Positions 61,420 to 64,000 of a DNA stretch of 64,000 bases are shown piece by piece. Location of the stretch: positions 3,104,001-3,168,000 of the forward strand of contig OZ245842.1 in assembly GCA_965228895.1 (NCBI GenBank), in the 5' to 3' direction. The DNA comes from Alphaproteobacteria bacterium (GTDB lineage Bacteria; Pseudomonadota; Alphaproteobacteria; SP197). The notes under the pieces are model-generated. The model was not told the origin of the DNA and ran no database searches. It saw nothing but the letters and a program-made list of their open reading frames with translations. The stretch's first letter is position 1. Every line of letters starts with the position of its first letter. The translations under genes were made by a program, and so were the position numbers.

Positions 61420-62256
61420 TCACGCGACGGGCACGCCCTCGACCGTGACACGGTGCATGACGCGGCGTTCGCCGGGATAGTCGTTGATCGCCTTGTGCCA
61501 GGTCGCGCGGTTATCCCAGATGCCGAGCGTGCCCGGCTGCCATCTTACGCGGCAGGTGAACTCCGGCTGCGCGCAGTGTTCGTAGAGCTGGGTCAACAGC
61601 GGCGCCGACTCTTCCGCCGTCCAACCGTCGATATGGGTGGTGAACGTGCGGTTGACGTAGATGCCGCGCCGTCCCGAAAGCGGATGAGTAATGACGACGG
61701 GATGCAGCGCGTCCTGGGTCGCGTCGCCGGCGTTCATGTATTTTCCGGGCTGCTCGCCGTCCTGTTGCCTGCCGCGCTCGCTGTCGACGCCGAACACATG
61801 GCGCGACGAATGCCACGCCTTCAGCCCGTCAAGGGTCGCGCGGAAACCTTCCGACAGCGCCATATAGGCGGCGTGCATGGAAGCGAACGCGGTGTCACCG
61901 CCGGCATCCGGTGTTTGCACCGCATAGAGCAGCGATCCCATCGCGGGAATCTGATCGTAGGAATGATCGGTATGCCATTCCTCGCCGGTGACGCGGGTCT
62001 CGCCCGGTTCCTTGATGACCGTCGCGATCTCGGGATGACTGTCTAGCCGTTGGAAGAACCGGTTGACGTTGATGTTGCCCCAGCGCCGCGCGAAGGCCAG
62101 GTGCTCGTCGGGTGACAGATCAAGGCCGCGAATGGCGACCACGGAATAGTCCACGAACGCCTGGCGAATCGCCTCGAAGTGGTCATCGCGCGAGAGATCT
62201 GCGTCGTAGATTTCGGCGCCGAAGGTGGGCGTCATCGGTCGAATGTCGGGGGTCAT
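61420..62256 (-). CDS. TauD/TfdA-family Fe(II)/2-oxoglutarate dioxygenase
   Basis: WHTDHSY, GGDTAF, HPVVITHP, WDNRATWH, RVT. Confidence 0.92.
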   Translation of the reverse strand: MTPDIRPMTPTFGAEIYDADLSRDDHFEAIRQAFVDYSVVAIRGLDLSPDEHLAFARRWGNINVNRFFQRLDSHPEIATVIKEPGETRVTGEEWHTDHSYDQIPAMGSLLYAVQTPDAGGDTAFASMHAAYMALSEGFRATLDGLKAWHSSRHVFGVDSERGRQQDGEQPGKYMNAGDATQDALHPVVITHPLSGRRGIYVNRTFTTHIDGWTAEESAPLLTQLYEHCAQPEFTCRVRWQPGTLGIWDNRATWHKAINDYPGERRVMHRVTVEGVPVA

Positions 62257-62311
62257 TGGCTACCATTCCATCACGCCGTTGGATTGTCCGAAGCATAGAC
62301 CAGTCTGCCCG

Positions 62312-64000
62312 CTACGCTCCAGTGCAGCGTAAACTGATCAGGCGGAACAACACGATCGACTGGTTGCGGCCGCGCAGGGTGGTCGGGCCGAGCGGTTCGG
62401 TGACATAAGCCTGGGACGTCGCGGCCAACGTGTCCTCGGTCACCAGGATCGTGACGTCGCCTTGCATGTGCTGGCGCCCGGCCGCCTCGACTCGGCTCGC
62501 AACATTCACGGTATCGCCGATGGCGGTGTAGTTGATGCGGCTTTCCGCCCCGAGGTCGCCGACAATGGCATCACCGGTATGAATGCCGATACGAACCTGG
62601 ATCGGCGGCTCGCCGCAGTCGCGGCGCTCCTGATTGTTGGCCGACAACGCACGACCTATGGCCAAGGCGGCCCGGCACGCCCGGTCGGCATGATCGACCT
62701 GCTGTTCGGGCGCGCTCCAAAACGCCAACAGACCATCGCCGATGTACTTGTCGATGGTGCCGTCTTCATCGTCGACACAGGCGCCGATGCGCGCGAAGTG
62801 GTCGTTCAGCAAGGCGGCGGTCGCCTGAGGCGTCATGTTTTCGGCCATGGGCGAGAAACCGACGATATCGACAAAAAGAAGTGTCAGCTGCCGTTGGTCG
62901 GCATCGATCCGTTCGCGGCCCTCGCGCACGATCATTTCGACCAGGCGTTTGGGCACGTAGCGCTCGAAGATGCGCAAACCAGCGAACATGGCGTCGAACG
63001 CCTTGGCGGCGCTATCCAGCTCAACGATGCGGCTGCCGGTCAGCGGTTTGTAGGCGTCGAGATCCATGCGCTGAATGGCGATGGCGTTGTCGGTCAGGTG
63101 GCGGAACGGACGCGCCATGCGCCGTCCAAGCAGACCGCCAACGCCGATGAACAGAAACAGCATGCCGACAGCGATGCCAAGCACCCACCAGAACTGCCGG
63201 ACCTCCGTACCTTCGATCGAGGAGTCATAGTGAAAACCGATCAGCCAGGGCGTTTCGCCATAGGCAGACGTCTCGACGAAGATGAAGACCTGCCACTCGC
63301 CGTCTTCGTAGAAGTAGTGGCCTTGTCCGATGTTCATGCTGGCTTGGGAGATTACCGGGCTGGTATCCGGGCGCCAAATTTGGCTAAAGCGGTCGTCACC
63401 GATACTGTGGATCGTCGCCATCGGTTGTTCGAGAGAGGCTTCGAACGTGCCTTCCGTCAGCTTGGGGTGCGCGATGATGTTCTCGCGCCCGTGCAGCACA
63501 AAGACGGTCTGGCCCAGGCCAGTGGACAGTTGTTTGGCATAGCTTGACAGCGCGAAGAGGTCGACGCCGGCGAAGAGAATGCCGAGAAAGCGGTCGCCCT
63601 GCCAGACGGCCTCGCGGCGCACGATAATGGTGCGCCCGACATTGGGACTGAACAACGGATCGCTCCAACCCATGGGCTCACCATCCGGTCCCCGCGCCTC
63701 GGCCTCGCGCATCGCGGCCACCACCTCGTCGCGTCCGGAGAGGTCGTTGACGTAGACGCCGCCATCGGGGCGCTCGACCCGGATCGAGCTGGTGTCGGGC
63801 CGCATGAAGGCAATGGCTGTCACCTGCTCCGTGCCAGCCAAGGCGGCCTCCAGGGCGATTGCCAGCCGCGCGTTGTCGCCGGCGAGCGTGTCGTTCCCCG
63901 CTATCAGGTTGCTGAGATAGACCGACTGACCGTTGACGACCGAGAGGTGATCGTCGACGCGCGCACTAATCGCTCCCAGTGCCAGGTCCGATTCATCGGC
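62312..64000 (-). CDS. Membrane class III adenylate cyclase with Cache-like sensor and HAMP domain (5'-truncated by the window edge)
   Basis: FVDIVGFS, DKYIGDG, RIGIHTG, YTAIGDTVNVASRVE; frame stays open to 64000. Confidence 0.9.
   Translation of the reverse strand, partial: ADESDLALGAISARVDDHLSVVNGQSVYLSNLIAGNDTLAGDNARLAIALEAALAGTEQVTAIAFMRPDTSSIRVERPDGGVYVNDLSGRDEVVAAMREAEARGPDGEPMGWSDPLFSPNVGRTIIVRREAVWQGDRFLGILFAGVDLFALSSYAKQLSTGLGQTVFVLHGRENIIAHPKLTEGTFEASLEQPMATIHSIGDDRFSQIWRPDTSPVISQASMNIGQGHYFYEDGEWQVFIFVETSAYGETPWLIGFHYDSSIEGTEVRQFWWVLGIAVGMLFLFIGVGGLLGRRMARPFRHLTDNAIAIQRMDLDAYKPLTGSRIVELDSAAKAFDAMFAGLRIFERYVPKRLVEMIVREGRERIDADQRQLTLLFVDIVGFSPMAENMTPQATAALLNDHFARIGACVDDEDGTIDKYIGDGLLAFWSAPEQQVDHADRACRAALAIGRALSANNQERRDCGEPPIQVRIGIHTGDAIVGDLGAESRINYTAIGDTVNVASRVEAAGRQHMQGDVTILVTEDTLAATSQAYVTEPLGPTTLRGRNQSIVLFRLISLRCTGA

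Overview
GC-rich alphaproteobacterial chromosome segment (Rhodospirillales-like gene content). It carries the conserved minus-strand backbone yebC-ruvCAB-ybgC-tolQRAB-pal-cpoB-tilS-ftsH-folP-glmM (2.4-17 kb) and other core genes: DUF1192, PIG3-type quinone oxidoreductase, DUF1013, yciB, prpE, hldE, DUF465, ubiX, TIGR02444, a GGDEF cyclase and purE-purK. Small regulator-plus-target cassettes are interspersed (5 LysR, 2 TetR, 1 MarR). The standout feature is a tandem array of four diverged plant-type SABATH (Methyltransf_7) SAM-dependent methyltransferase genes at 24305-28777, directly behind DUF1013. Other notable items: a 450-bp intergenic region dense in GANTC sites and inverted repeats upstream of an atypical receiver-like ORF and a PaaK-like ligase; a DMSP-lyase-family cupin; a divergent prs; a Tat-exported haloalkane-dehalogenase-like hydrolase; and a TetR-controlled ynb-like lipid operon lacking ynbD. 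I saw no rRNA, tRNA, CRISPR array, integrase or transposase. All calls come from motif recognition by eye; no database searches were run.
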